From Candidatus Nealsonbacteria bacterium (GTDB taxonomy: Bacteria; Patescibacteriota; Minisyncoccia; Minisyncoccales; JAGMDC01): a stretch of 58,424 nt of DNA. Under the pieces are notes generated by a model that ran no database searches, was not told where the DNA came from, and saw only the letters and a list, made by a program, of their open reading frames with translations. The position numbers and the translations under genes were made by a program. The DNA lies in contig DAOWLG010000038.1 in the NCBI GenBank assembly GCA_030643485.1, positions 1 through 58,424 of the forward strand, in the 5' to 3' direction. Below, piece by piece: positions 31,458 to 41,700 of this stretch (positions are counted from its first letter, which is position 1; each line of letters opens with the position of its first letter).

Positions 31458-31782
31458 ACAAAATCGTCTTATTAAGAAAAAGGATTTTGAAAAAGTTTTT
31501 AAGGAAGGCAAAGGATATAGAAAGGATTTTTTATTTTTGAAGACAAATAAAAATGATTTGGATTTTACTAGATTTGGCTTTATAGTGAGTAAAAAAATTT
31601 CCAATAAAGCAGTGGCGCGGAATAAGATAAAAAGACAACTAAGAGAAATAGTCCGTAAGAAAATACCGGAAATAAAAAAAGGGATAGATGTTATTGTAAT
31701 TGCAATGTCCGGGATAGAAATTCAAAGTTTTCAGGAGATAGAAAAAACAATAGATGAAATTTTTAATATTAAAAATAATTAA
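31447..31782 (+). CDS. rnpA: RNase P protein component
   Basis: GTG start. [37 protein letters not shown]. Confidence 0.9.
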   Translation: MLSKQNRLIKKKDFEKVFKEGKGYRKDFLFLKTNKNDLDFTRFGFIVSKKISNKAVARNKIKRQLREIVRKKIPEIKKGIDVIVIAMSGIEIQSFQEIEKTIDEIFNIKNN

Positions 31783-31960
31783 ATTTTATCAGGGGTTTAT
31801 TTCACCTTATTTGGGTAGCCATTGTCGGTTTTATCCGAGTTGTTCGGAATATTGTTATTTGGCAATTCAGAAATACGGACTTCTTAAAGGATTATTTTTA
31901 GGGACAAAAAGAATTCTTAAGTGCCATCCGTGGAATAAAGGAGGAATAGATACCCCTTAA
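31754..31960 (+). CDS. yidD: Membrane protein insertion efficiency factor YidD
   Basis: [19 protein letters not shown]...[17 protein letters not shown]. Confidence 0.9.
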   Translation: MKFLILKIIKFYQGFISPYLGSHCRFYPSCSEYCYLAIQKYGLLKGLFLGTKRILKCHPWNKGGIDTP

Positions 31961-32091
31961 TTTTCAATTATCAATTTTCAATTATCAATCAATTATCAAA
32001 TTCCAATTTTCAAACAAATTAATTAATTTTATTCATTGAAAATTGAATCATTGAAAATTCATTGAAAATTGGTTATTGAAAATTGAAAATT
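31961..32091. repeat. AT-rich palindromic element, copy 3
   Basis: Differs from copy 1 (19581-19711) by about 1 nt. Occupies the yidD-yidC spacer and the first codons of the maximal yidC ORF. Confidence 0.9.
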
Positions 32092-32840
32092 TTTGCATTG
32101 TGTTTGAGATTTTAATTTCTTTTTTTGATATTGTTTTATATAAGCCATTATTCAATGGTTTGATTTTATTGTACCAGTATTTGCCGGGTCAGGACTTTGG
32201 GATAGCCGTGATTGTCTTGACTGTTTCCATAAAAATAGTATTATATCCTTTAGGAGCAAAAAGCATTAAAATGCAAAAAGCATTGTCTGAACTTCAGCCA
32301 AAGATGAAAGAAATTCAGGAGAAATTTAAGCAGGATAAGGAAAAACAGGCAAAGGCGATGATGGAACTTTATCAAAAAGAAAAGATTAATCCCCTTTCCG
32401 GATGTTTGCCCTTATTAGTGCAACTGCCAATTTTAATTGCTCTTTATAGGGTATTTTGGAAAGGGCTGCAACCGGAACATATGGTTTATCTTTACAGTTT
32501 TGTTCCTTCCCCCGGAGTAATTAATTCTACTTTTTTGGGAATAATTGATTTAGCAGTGCCTTGTATTGCTTTAGCGTTTTTAGCAGGGATTCTTCAGTTT
32601 TTTCAGACCAAAATGATGATGCCGCACTTTTCCAAAAAGAGCGGCGGCGCAAAAAAGAAAGACCAGATGGGGCAATTTTCAGATATGATGCAAAAACAAA
32701 TGCTTTACTTTTTTCCGGTTTTCACGGTTATGATCCTATGGACGCTCCCTTCTGCTATTGGATTATACTGGATTGTTTTTACTCTATTCGCTATCATCCA
32801 GCAGCATTTTACCTTGGGAACATCTAAACAAAATGATTAA
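32076..32840 (+). CDS. yidC: Membrane protein insertase YidC (short form). The true start is probably downstream, for example GTG 32100.
   Basis: KMQKALSELQPKMKEIQEKFKQDKEKQAKAMMELYQKEKINPLSGCLPLLVQLPILIALY. Confidence 0.9.
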   Translation: MKIENFCIVFEILISFFDIVLYKPLFNGLILLYQYLPGQDFGIAVIVLTVSIKIVLYPLGAKSIKMQKALSELQPKMKEIQEKFKQDKEKQAKAMMELYQKEKINPLSGCLPLLVQLPILIALYRVFWKGLQPEHMVYLYSFVPSPGVINSTFLGIIDLAVPCIALAFLAGILQFFQTKMMMPHFSKKSGGAKKKDQMGQFSDMMQKQMLYFFPVFTVMILWTLPSAIGLYWIVFTLFAIIQQHFTLGTSKQND

Positions 32841-33294
32841 CAAAAAAGACTTAAAAACAATTGAAAAAATTACCAATGAGTTTTTTAAGAAAACCGGTTT
32901 TGAGATAGAGGTTGAAATAAAGCCGGGTCAGGACATAACTATTTTAATTGACTTAAAAATGGAAGAGCCACAGATTTTTATTGGAGAAGGCGGCAATACC
33001 TTGTCGGAGATTCAACGCTTATTAATAGCGATATTAAGAAGAAAAATTCCTAATATGTTTTACATTGATTTAGATATTCAGGACTATAAAAAGAAAAAAA
33101 ACGAATACTTAAAGGATTTGGCTCAATCCATAGCAGATGATGTGGCGCTGTACAAAAAAGAAAAAATCCTTTCCCCGATGTCGGCTTACGAGAGAAGGAT
33201 TATACATTTGGCATTAGAGGGAAGGCAAGATGTAATTTCAGAAAGCATTGGCGAGGGAATAGAAAGAAGAATAGTTATAAGGATACAGGAATAA
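32833..33294 (+). CDS. jag: Jag/KhpB-like RNA-binding protein (KH plus R3H)
   Basis: C-terminal R3H SPMSAYERRIIHLALEG. Canonical position after yidC. Start set to MINKKDL. Confidence 0.85.
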   Translation: MINKKDLKTIEKITNEFFKKTGFEIEVEIKPGQDITILIDLKMEEPQIFIGEGGNTLSEIQRLLIAILRRKIPNMFYIDLDIQDYKKKKNEYLKDLAQSIADDVALYKKEKILSPMSAYERRIIHLALEGRQDVISESIGEGIERRIVIRIQE

Positions 33295-34591
33295 TCATCA
33301 TTGATTCAATTTTTATGCCTTCTGGTTCTGGGTCGTAGACATAACTGCCTTTTATAGTTGGAACACAGTCGCCAGTTTTTGGTTTTTTGAAAAGCTGGCA
33401 TTTTGCTGTTTCGTCTCCAAAACCTTCTTGCGTGTTAAGTAGGACTTCAAAATTTCCAGTGATTTTGAAAGATAGAATATTTTTATGCAATGGTTTTGTA
33501 GTGCCTTCAAAAAAATCAAATTCAAGATTTTCAAAGATTTCTGCCATAGTAGGCGTGAATGTTTTTTTGTTTCCTTTACAATCAATTGAATCATAAAAAG
33601 TTATATCTCCCGAGGTTTCTTCTTCTAAATTTAAGAGAGACAAAGAGGAAAGTTTATCTAATCCTATGGGATGGATATAGGAGAGACCTGGCGGTGAGAC
33701 AGATAAATTTTCTATATCTAATTCTCCTAATGCAACGCCGCATTCGCCTCTGAATTCGTTTTCAGTAAATAAAATCGCGCCATATAAAAAATCCGTTTTA
33801 TTATTGAATTTAATTGATTGCGTTTTGTTGTTCCAGTCGCCAAGATTGGATTCACTATTAGAAAGATATTTTGGCGGTTCTAAACAAGTATATTCACCGC
33901 TTGTATTTTCGCAAAAATCAATTTTTTTATAGAGATAAACACCAGATTTATTCCAAAAAAATAATAAAGATTTTGGAACAAAGTTAAAATTAGGTATTTG
34001 TTCTCCATTTTTAATTTCCATTATTTCCTCGTCTGTTGTTGCTTTGTAATTTTTATTTTTATAGATAAAAACCGATGTTAACTCATCAGGAGAATCTATA
34101 AATTCCATTGAGTCAGCGTCAAAATTTTTAATGTCTGAAAAATCTGTTGTTATATGTTTTTTCTTTTCTTCTGCATCTATAAGATAGATTCCGGTAACCG
34201 GCATTAATGGTTTCATTTTTCCAAAAATAGCAAGTTGAGGATTAATAGTAATTAAAATTAAATAAGTGAAAAGCAAAAGTAACAACCCCATAATCCCTCC
34301 GAGCATCCATGACCTTGCGTCGCTGATTGCCGCTGGGTTGCCAACAGACGACATCCAGCGAATCCCTCCAAAAAGCAAAACGGCAAAAGCCAAAATTCCT
34401 CCAATCATCACGGAAAAATTAAAAATGTATTTTATGTACCCTGGCAGTTCAGTCCCTTCAGCCGGCGCTTCCGCTCCCGGCACGTTCGGATAATCAATTT
34501 CCAATCCCCTTTCCGCAAACGAAAAACCACTGCACGCACAAATCACCAGAACCGCAAAAAGAGATATTAATATGAGTTTTTGGTTATTCAT
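33275..34591 (-). CDS. Surface protein: signal peptide, TrbC/VirB2-like T4SS pilin module, then a roughly 300-aa extracellular domain
   Basis: LPGYIKYIFNFSVMIGGILAFAVLLFGGIRWMSSVGNPAAISDARSWMLGGIMGLLLLLFTYLILITINP forms two TM helices around a polar loop. The C-terminal domain has Greek-key-like YLY..F...LG.WNN...S.KF...YGAILF..EFRGEC. Confidence 0.7.
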   Translation of the reverse strand: MNNQKLILISLFAVLVICACSGFSFAERGLEIDYPNVPGAEAPAEGTELPGYIKYIFNFSVMIGGILAFAVLLFGGIRWMSSVGNPAAISDARSWMLGGIMGLLLLLFTYLILITINPQLAIFGKMKPLMPVTGIYLIDAEEKKKHITTDFSDIKNFDADSMEFIDSPDELTSVFIYKNKNYKATTDEEIMEIKNGEQIPNFNFVPKSLLFFWNKSGVYLYKKIDFCENTSGEYTCLEPPKYLSNSESNLGDWNNKTQSIKFNNKTDFLYGAILFTENEFRGECGVALGELDIENLSVSPPGLSYIHPIGLDKLSSLSLLNLEEETSGDITFYDSIDCKGNKKTFTPTMAEIFENLEFDFFEGTTKPLHKNILSFKITGNFEVLLNTQEGFGDETAKCQLFKKPKTGDCVPTIKGSYVYDPEPEGIKIESMMIIPVSL

Positions 34592-34600
34592 ATTTTTGCT

Positions 34601-34780
34601 GCCCCGTCCTTTGTCATTGCGAGGACCGCCACCATTGTCATTGCGAGAAGCGAACGAAGTGAGCGACGAAGCAATCTCTATTCCCTATTTAGATTGCTTC
34701 GGCTTCGCCTCGCAATGACAGGAGGGGGACGCTCGCAATGACAGATGGGACGCTCGCGATGTAGATGTCCGACATCTACA
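34601..34780. repeat. GTCATTGCGAG / GCTCGCAATGAC repeat cluster plus GTAGATGTC-C-GACATCTAC palindrome
   Basis: Multiple copies of GTCATTGCGAG..GCGACGAAGCAATCT and its complement. Palindrome at 34760-34780. Confidence 0.85.
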
Positions 34781-34788
34781 CTTCTATT

Positions 34789-36339
34789 TCAGAATGGTGT
34801 GGGAATAATAATTATTGATTCAACTCTTTTTGGATCAAAGCCAGGAAACGCCCAACTACTATATATGCTGTCGTTTTTTATACTATGGTAGCAGTTATCT
34901 GGTCCTTCGGGTTTTAAGAAAAGTTGGCAGTCATTGCCCTTAAAATGTTGCCCTGTGTTAAGCACAACTGCATAACTTCCATTGATATCAAAAGATAAAA
35001 TATTTCTATGTAATGATGAATCTATTTTTGGTCCAGGGGATTCTCCAGTGGGTTCAACCCTAAGGCAACAATCACTAGTGTAAGAGGGAGAATAATTGCA
35101 CAAAGAACAACAAGGGAAATTAGGAGGACAATCACAAGGAGTATTAGGACAACCTTTATTTGTTCCAAGATTTTTTAAAATCATTGCACCTTGATGACCC
35201 GTGAGGTCAATTTTTTTTCCATTTCCTGAACAATTAAGTCCGTCCCAGAAAACAACATCATCATAGGTTTCGCCCCAGATATTTATAAGAGCCAAAGAAG
35301 AGAGCGTATTATTTCCTATTCCATTTTCAGGAATATAATAGCCGCACCAGTCTGGCCATTCTGTGCTACATATATCTCTGGATAAATCTGGTATACTTAA
35401 ATGGAAAGCATAACCGCATTTACCTCTATGTTTATCATTAGTGAATAAAACAGCGCCGTATGTATTTTCCGGATTAAATTTTAAGGAATCTGCCCTGTTC
35501 TCCCATTTTCCGAGTTTTTCAACGCTTCCAGAAAGGTATTTTGGTGGCGTGGCGCAGAGATATTCGCTGGTGTCAGGGTTATCTAAGTCGCTTTCGCAAT
35601 AATCTGTTCCCTCATAGAGATAGACGCCCTGCTTATTTCTAAGAAAATAAATTGATTTTGGCGCAAAATCCTTATCCTCGTCAAAACTAATACTACCGTC
35701 CTTATTTTTAATTCTTTCTATCTCCGTGAAAAAATCGGCTTTGTAATTTTCATTTTTGAAAATAAAAACCGAAGTTAATTCATCAGGAGAACTGATAAAA
35801 AACATAGAGTTTGCTTGAAATTTATCAGTATCAATACTACCAGCATCTGTGACGAAATGTTGTTTTTGTTCTCCTTGTTTTTCCCCGACACAAGGAAGTT
35901 CACAAATATCTTGTTCACATAAACAAATTCCGGCAACCGGATCCAGAGGCTCCATTTTTTGGATAAACGCTAAATCAGGATTGATAGTGGTTAAAATTAG
36001 ATAAGAACCGAGCAAAAGCACTAATCCCATTATCCCGCCGAGCATCCATGACCTTGCGTCGCTGATTGCCGCTGGATTACCAACAGAAGCCATCCAGCGA
36101 ATTCCCCCAAAAAGCAAAACGGCAAAAGCCAAAATTCCTCCAATCATCACGGAAAAATTAAAAATGTATTTTATGTACCCTGGCAGTTCAGTCCCTTCAG
36201 CCGGCGCTTCCGCTCCCGGCGCGTTCGGATAATCAATTTCCAATCCCCTTTCCGCAAAAGTAAAACCGCTGCACGCGCAAATCGTGAAAACAGCAAAAAG
36301 AGATATTAAAATAATTTTCTGGTTAGATTTGTAATTCAT
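34789..36339 (-). CDS. Paralogous surface protein with the same pilin module and a larger Cys-rich extracellular domain
   Basis: The first roughly 120 aa are nearly identical to ORF 33275-34591. The C-terminal domain shares the YLYEGTDYC...LGKWENRADSLKF..YGAVLF motifs and adds a CPNTPCDCPPNFPCCSLC block. Confidence 0.7.
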   Translation of the reverse strand: MNYKSNQKIILISLFAVFTICACSGFTFAERGLEIDYPNAPGAEAPAEGTELPGYIKYIFNFSVMIGGILAFAVLLFGGIRWMASVGNPAAISDARSWMLGGIMGLVLLLGSYLILTTINPDLAFIQKMEPLDPVAGICLCEQDICELPCVGEKQGEQKQHFVTDAGSIDTDKFQANSMFFISSPDELTSVFIFKNENYKADFFTEIERIKNKDGSISFDEDKDFAPKSIYFLRNKQGVYLYEGTDYCESDLDNPDTSEYLCATPPKYLSGSVEKLGKWENRADSLKFNPENTYGAVLFTNDKHRGKCGYAFHLSIPDLSRDICSTEWPDWCGYYIPENGIGNNTLSSLALINIWGETYDDVVFWDGLNCSGNGKKIDLTGHQGAMILKNLGTNKGCPNTPCDCPPNFPCCSLCNYSPSYTSDCCLRVEPTGESPGPKIDSSLHRNILSFDINGSYAVVLNTGQHFKGNDCQLFLKPEGPDNCYHSIKNDSIYSSWAFPGFDPKRVESIIIIPTPF

Positions 36340-36342
36340 ATT

Positions 36343-37608
36343 TCATTTCAATAATAATTTCCATAAAGGAAGGTATTTAATATTTTTACCTTTGAATTTT
36401 TCTATTTTTTCATTGTCCCAAGTAATAATTTCTAAGGTCTTACAGTTTAATTCTTTACTCGCCTCAATCAATGCCATTAATTCCCGTTTTTCTACTTCCG
36501 GATTATCTATTTGATAACATACCTGAATTAATTTCTCAATTTTTAATCCTTTCCTTAATATAAAGTCAACTTCTTTTCCGTTTCTCGTTTTATAATAAAA
36601 AACATCTTTATTGGATGTGTATCCCTTTCTTAAAATTTCAACAAAAACCAAATTTTCCATTAGTTTGCCAAGATTTTGAGAAAACTGAAACGCTTTTGCC
36701 AAAATAAAACCATTATCAATAAGGTAAACCTTTTTTGGCGTTCTAATCTGTTCTTTTGTCTTGAAAGAAAACCTATTCAAAAGAAAAATCAAATATGCCT
36801 CTTCAAGATATTTTAAGTAATTTTGAACAGTATTTGTGCTTCTGAAATCCAAAGCATTTTTTAATTTTGTAAAACTGAATTCAGATGAAAAATTAGAAAT
36901 CAAATAAATAGAAAGGTCATAAATTTTTTGCGAAAATCTAATTCTATATCTTTTGACTACATCTTTAAATAAAATTGCGTCAAAAAGGGTAGCTAAATAA
37001 TCTTTGGCTTCTAATTTTTTAACCACAACTTCCGGAAAACCGCCTTTTTTGAGATATTCATCCAAATAATTCAAAATTTTGCCTTTTATTTCCGGCAGTC
37101 CGGTATATTCTTTTTTTATTTTGAAACCTTTTGCTATTAAAAATTCCTTAAAACTAAAAGGAAAAATTTCTATTGGAATATATCTTCCGGTTAAAGCGGT
37201 TCCCAATTCTTTACTCAAAAGATTGGCATTAGAGCCAGTCAAAATTAAATTATACCCTCTTCTTTGAAGTTTATTGACAAAGAGTTCCCAATTTTCTAAA
37301 TTTTGAATTTCGTCAAATAAAATAAACTTGGCATCAGGATAAACTTCAAAAATTACTTCTAAAATCTCATCGTAATTTTTCTTTTTCACTAAGTTTTCAT
37401 CATCAAAATTCAAATAAGCAAATTCCTTATCTCTTAAAAGTAAAAAAGAAAACACGGATTTTCCTACTCTTCTTGAACCTGTAATAACTTTTATTAAATC
37501 AGTATCTAAATTTCTTTTAGCAAAATCAAGTTTTTCTCGTAATACATATGTCTTTGAAACAAACTTTTCTTTTTCTAATTTATGTTGTAAAACAATGTTT
37601 TTTATCAT
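36343..37608 (-). CDS. AAA+ ATPase of the COG1373 / DUF4143 type
   Basis: Walker A GSRRVGKS and Walker B ILFDEIQ. Same architecture as ORF 45896-47206. The maximal ORF start (37704) lies inside a palindrome, so the start is set to MIKNIV. Confidence 0.8.
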   Translation of the reverse strand: MIKNIVLQHKLEKEKFVSKTYVLREKLDFAKRNLDTDLIKVITGSRRVGKSVFSFLLLRDKEFAYLNFDDENLVKKKNYDEILEVIFEVYPDAKFILFDEIQNLENWELFVNKLQRRGYNLILTGSNANLLSKELGTALTGRYIPIEIFPFSFKEFLIAKGFKIKKEYTGLPEIKGKILNYLDEYLKKGGFPEVVVKKLEAKDYLATLFDAILFKDVVKRYRIRFSQKIYDLSIYLISNFSSEFSFTKLKNALDFRSTNTVQNYLKYLEEAYLIFLLNRFSFKTKEQIRTPKKVYLIDNGFILAKAFQFSQNLGKLMENLVFVEILRKGYTSNKDVFYYKTRNGKEVDFILRKGLKIEKLIQVCYQIDNPEVEKRELMALIEASKELNCKTLEIITWDNEKIEKFKGKNIKYLPLWKLLLK

Positions 37609-37687
37609 ATTTCTGCTTGCTACTGAACAAAAATTCCATTTTTTGTTCACTACATCTATCTTACTGCACAAAATCGCTAATGTCAAT

Positions 37688-37710
37688 GTGTAGATGTCGG
37701 ACATCTACAC
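37688..37710. repeat. GTGTAGATGTC-G-GACATCTACAC palindrome
   Basis: 11-bp arms. Related copies at 34760-34780 and 42414-42434, and a variant at 56681-56703. Confidence 0.85.
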
Positions 37711-37716
37711 ATTCAT

Positions 37717-38745
37717 TTATTCTCCCTCGCAGCAAAACCAATTATCCATATAAAATTCTCTTGCGTCTAAGCAATCATTGCTATTTGGACCTTGTTTGCA
37801 TTTTGGTAAAACATTATTTCTTATAGCATCTTTGAGCGGGGACACGGAATCATCGGGAAGATAATAAGGATAACAATGGGGATAATCAGTTATTTGGTCC
37901 TCAAAAAAGCCCAAAATAACCAGGTCGCCTAATACTATTTTATCTAAGGCAATCCTACAACTTAATGTTCTCATTTTTACCTTGCCTTCCTGTATAGGAA
38001 ACCCATAACCAGTAAGGCATTGCTCTAATTTTGAGCGCGAATTAAGAAGTTTATTTGTAATTTTCCATCTGTTTGGGTCATTTGGTAATAAATTTTTTAC
38101 TTCAATCAATTTTATAAATTTTTTACAAGGACATATCATAGTGTTGTAATTTGTTTCCACATTTGTATAATTATTTGTAATATTTATGGAATGAGTTGTA
38201 ATCTGAGCGAAAATAGAATTAATTTTTGAAATTTCTCTACAAGGGTGATTAACGCTATTGCAATCGCCACAACTAAGAGAGTAGTTTATATCGCAATTTT
38301 CTCCATTTTCATCGCAGTCGCAGTCACCAGAAGGATTACAACTACAAGAACAAGAGCAGGGCACTGCTGGACAATTATCTACGCAGCCATGATTATTGTC
38401 TTTGCTGGTGAAAAAGAGCAAACACCATGCTTCATCTATTTCTGCTTCTGCTTCATCTCTCATTGATAGAGTTTTATCTTTTATTGTGATTCCTTTATTA
38501 TAAATTTTATCAAGTTCAATGATTAGTTTTTCAGCAAATAATTCTGTTTCGTCAGTTGTCTCGCCAATCGGAATTTTGCCTTTTTCAATTTTTTCTTGAG
38601 TAAATTTATTTTCCTTAAACGGGTCCACCACGCATTTTTCTTTTTGTCCCCAAGCAAAAATTTCCCTGTTTGTATTATAGAACAAGGTTGCGGATAAAGA
38701 AAGTAAAATTATCAGGAAAAACCAAATTATTTTATTACCATTCAT
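37717..38745 (-). CDS. Secreted Cys-rich protein (hypothetical)
   Basis: N-terminal signal/TM IIWFFLIILLSLSATLF. Cluster CVDNCPAVPCSCSCSCNPSGDCDCDENGENCD...CGDCNS, similar to a block in ORF 38771-41869. Confidence 0.6.
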   Translation of the reverse strand: MNGNKIIWFFLIILLSLSATLFYNTNREIFAWGQKEKCVVDPFKENKFTQEKIEKGKIPIGETTDETELFAEKLIIELDKIYNKGITIKDKTLSMRDEAEAEIDEAWCLLFFTSKDNNHGCVDNCPAVPCSCSCSCNPSGDCDCDENGENCDINYSLSCGDCNSVNHPCREISKINSIFAQITTHSINITNNYTNVETNYNTMICPCKKFIKLIEVKNLLPNDPNRWKITNKLLNSRSKLEQCLTGYGFPIQEGKVKMRTLSCRIALDKIVLGDLVILGFFEDQITDYPHCYPYYLPDDSVSPLKDAIRNNVLPKCKQGPNSNDCLDAREFYMDNWFCCEGE

Positions 38746-38770
38746 ATTTTTTATTCAACAAGATAATGAA

Positions 38771-41700
38771 TTATTGGCTTCCACAACAACATTTCAAGGA
38801 CTTAGTGCAGCAACAGTGAATTTTAGGAGAAATTTTTCCGACTACATTCCATTGATCGTTACAATTATTATTATCTGTCCATTCTAATATGTACGCATAG
38901 TCTATTCCTGTCACAGGATCATTGTACGCGCATCGCATTGATATTTGTTCGATACTTTCGCAATAGTTGTTGCAGCTTGTTTCAGGCAGACTGCACCAAT
39001 AAGCAGGATTATTTATGCAATTTGACCAGGTTGCAGGCTGTTGCGTTCGGCATTGTGGATGATTTAATACGCATCGGACTTCATCCTCACAACCAGGAGG
39101 GCAGCAGCAATCACGGGTTTGGTTCATTTCATCGGGAGCGCAATTTCCTTCACCGCAGTCATCATCTCTCCACGGAGTACATTCGCAATCACAAGGCGCG
39201 CCTTCTTTGCAGTACGCGCTATTTTCACAGCATTCAGCGCAATCTGTGGCTTCCGGAAGTTTATATTCGTCGGGACAGACTTTTTCATCGTCAAGACAAC
39301 AATACCCTGATAGATCTTCTACACAAAGTTGTTGTTCAGAAGGTATAAGTTTTCCAGAGAGATAAAAACTGGCTGGTTCGCCGTCAAGATTGTAGATATC
39401 GCATAATTGTCCTGGCTGCCCCTGTCCGATTCCTTTATTTAATTCATATTCAATACATATTTCAGGATTTATTTGGTCAAACGTTTTACAATTAAATTCT
39501 CTGCAATATCTTGATATATTAAAACTATAAAATTCATTTTTATCTATTTTTTTGAATAATTTTTTATTCATATATTCAGCCAAGATGAGCGGTTCTTCGT
39601 AAACATATTTGATTAAACTTTCTGCCTCGTTTAGATAACTTAAATCTGTTTTCAATTCGTTGTTTAATGTGTTTAATCTGTTCAGCGCTTCGTTATACGG
39701 TAAAAAAGTTGGAGTAACAAGCGGATCCATTAAGGGATCGTAAAAATACAAATGTCCTTGATCAAATAAATCATAATTTGCGCCATAAATAAACGACCAA
39801 ATTTCATCTCTTTTTTCGTTTAATTCTTTCATAATATCTGGTATAATGATATTTCTTAATTCCTCCATCTCGCTTCTAAGAGGACAGGGATCGTCAGAAC
39901 AATTACAATTGCAGCTTGAATTTCCACAACCGCTACAACCTGAGCAATTTTTATCACAATGGTCGCAGTCGCATTGATTAGCGTAATTTGTCAAATCTTG
40001 AGATTTGCTTTCTATATCTACAGCTAAAATTTTTAATTCTTTAGATAGATTCTTTAATTTTTCGCTTTTTATTTTAATTGCGGTTAAGAGTTTTTTTATA
40101 CAATCCAATCTATCGTGATTTTTCATTTTATCTACTATGTCTGGAGTGCTCAAATCTATATCAATCATATCGCCACTTGGATTTGCGTCTTTAATGTCAT
40201 AATGATAACAATCAATGTTTTTAGCCAAAACATTTTCAATCAAAAGGCCGACAGGGATTTCTTGGTAATATGTTATTTCTGTTTCCGGAGGTGTATGTTC
40301 CGGTGGTTCAGAAGGTTCAAATAAAGTTAGGTCTGGCAGTTTTAAGATAGCCAGTTCAGGATTTATAGTGGTAAAGATTAAATAAGAACAGAATAAGAGA
40401 ATCAATCCCATAATTCCCGCTTTCATCCAGGACATAGCGTTGCTTATTACTTCCGGAGAACCAACAGAAGCGAGCCAGCGGATTCCTCCAAATAGCAAAA
40501 CAGCAAAAGCCATAATCACGCCAAGTATTAAGGCAAAGTTAAAAATGTATTTTATATACCCGGGCAGTTTAGTTTCTATGCCTGGTGTTTTCGCTCCCGG
40601 CACATCCGGATAATCAATTTCCAAACCCGGAATAAAACCGTCACCATCGTCACTATCACCGCAGACAGAATCAGGTACGCATTTAATAGTCCCCTCTGGA
40701 TACCCGCTGCTACATTCTCCTGAACATCCTTCTGGCTCGCATATTTCAGTTCGTTCTTTAGCGGAGTCACACACATATTGATCACTACAACCATAGTTTT
40801 TCCATTTACAAGGGGTTGGCTGTGTCGGAGCTTCACCCTCGCAAATAGAATGAGATGGCATCAGAGGGTAGTTGTCTCGGCTGTCAGGATCTATGACATA
40901 AGGAGTATCGCCTATGTCATCTCCGTCTGCGTCCACTCCTGTGTAATCGCTCCAGCAGTTTCCCTCGGCGGAGTTGTCCCAATAGTGTTCATTGGCATAA
41001 TGCTCCGATGTTATTCCATCCGATGCTTGATAAGTGTTATCTGCTATAATGTTATGGTAGATCTTAAAAAGCCCAGAATTATGCAGGAAAATCCCATTTT
41101 CATTTTCCTTTATAGTATTACGAATTATTTCATTTTCATATGAATGGAAGTCGGATTTGAGTCCATAAAAGCTATTTGATATAACATTATTGATTATTTC
41201 ATTACCTCCACTACTATGCATCAAATGGATACCGCTACCAGGGTTCGAGTCTAGAGTGTTATTAAGTATTTGATTGTAATTTGCGGTCAGTATGTGAATA
41301 CCCTCACTATTTGAATTCAAAATATTATTTTCTATCCGATTGTGATGGCAACTGCTTATGAGGATACCATAACCACATGACTTCACAATATTGTTGGTCA
41401 CCTCGTTAGAATTAGACTGAGATATTATCTTGATGCCCGCTTCGAGACCCGTCACGATGCTTAACTCTACGATGTTATCTTCTATCACATTATTAATAGC
41501 TTGTACTAAATAAATTCCATCACCCCCGTCGTTCTTCACCGTGAATCCACTGATGGTCACTCCTGTTAATGGAGTAAATGACTCACCAACTAAGGAGATA
41601 CACTTACCACTCCCGCCGCCGTCAATAATCGTTGTTTCACTATTCTCCCCTTTAAGCGTCAGAGACTTCGAGATTTCCACATTCTCGTTATAAGTCCCCG

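Noticed and set aside
19581-32091. CRISPR array interpretation of the GAAAATTGAAAAT / ATTTTCAA / AATTTCT repeats
   Set aside because: The units are 7-8 nt and directly abutting, or form a 130-bp palindrome. There are no 25-40-nt unique spacers, no 25-40-nt direct repeats and no cas genes.
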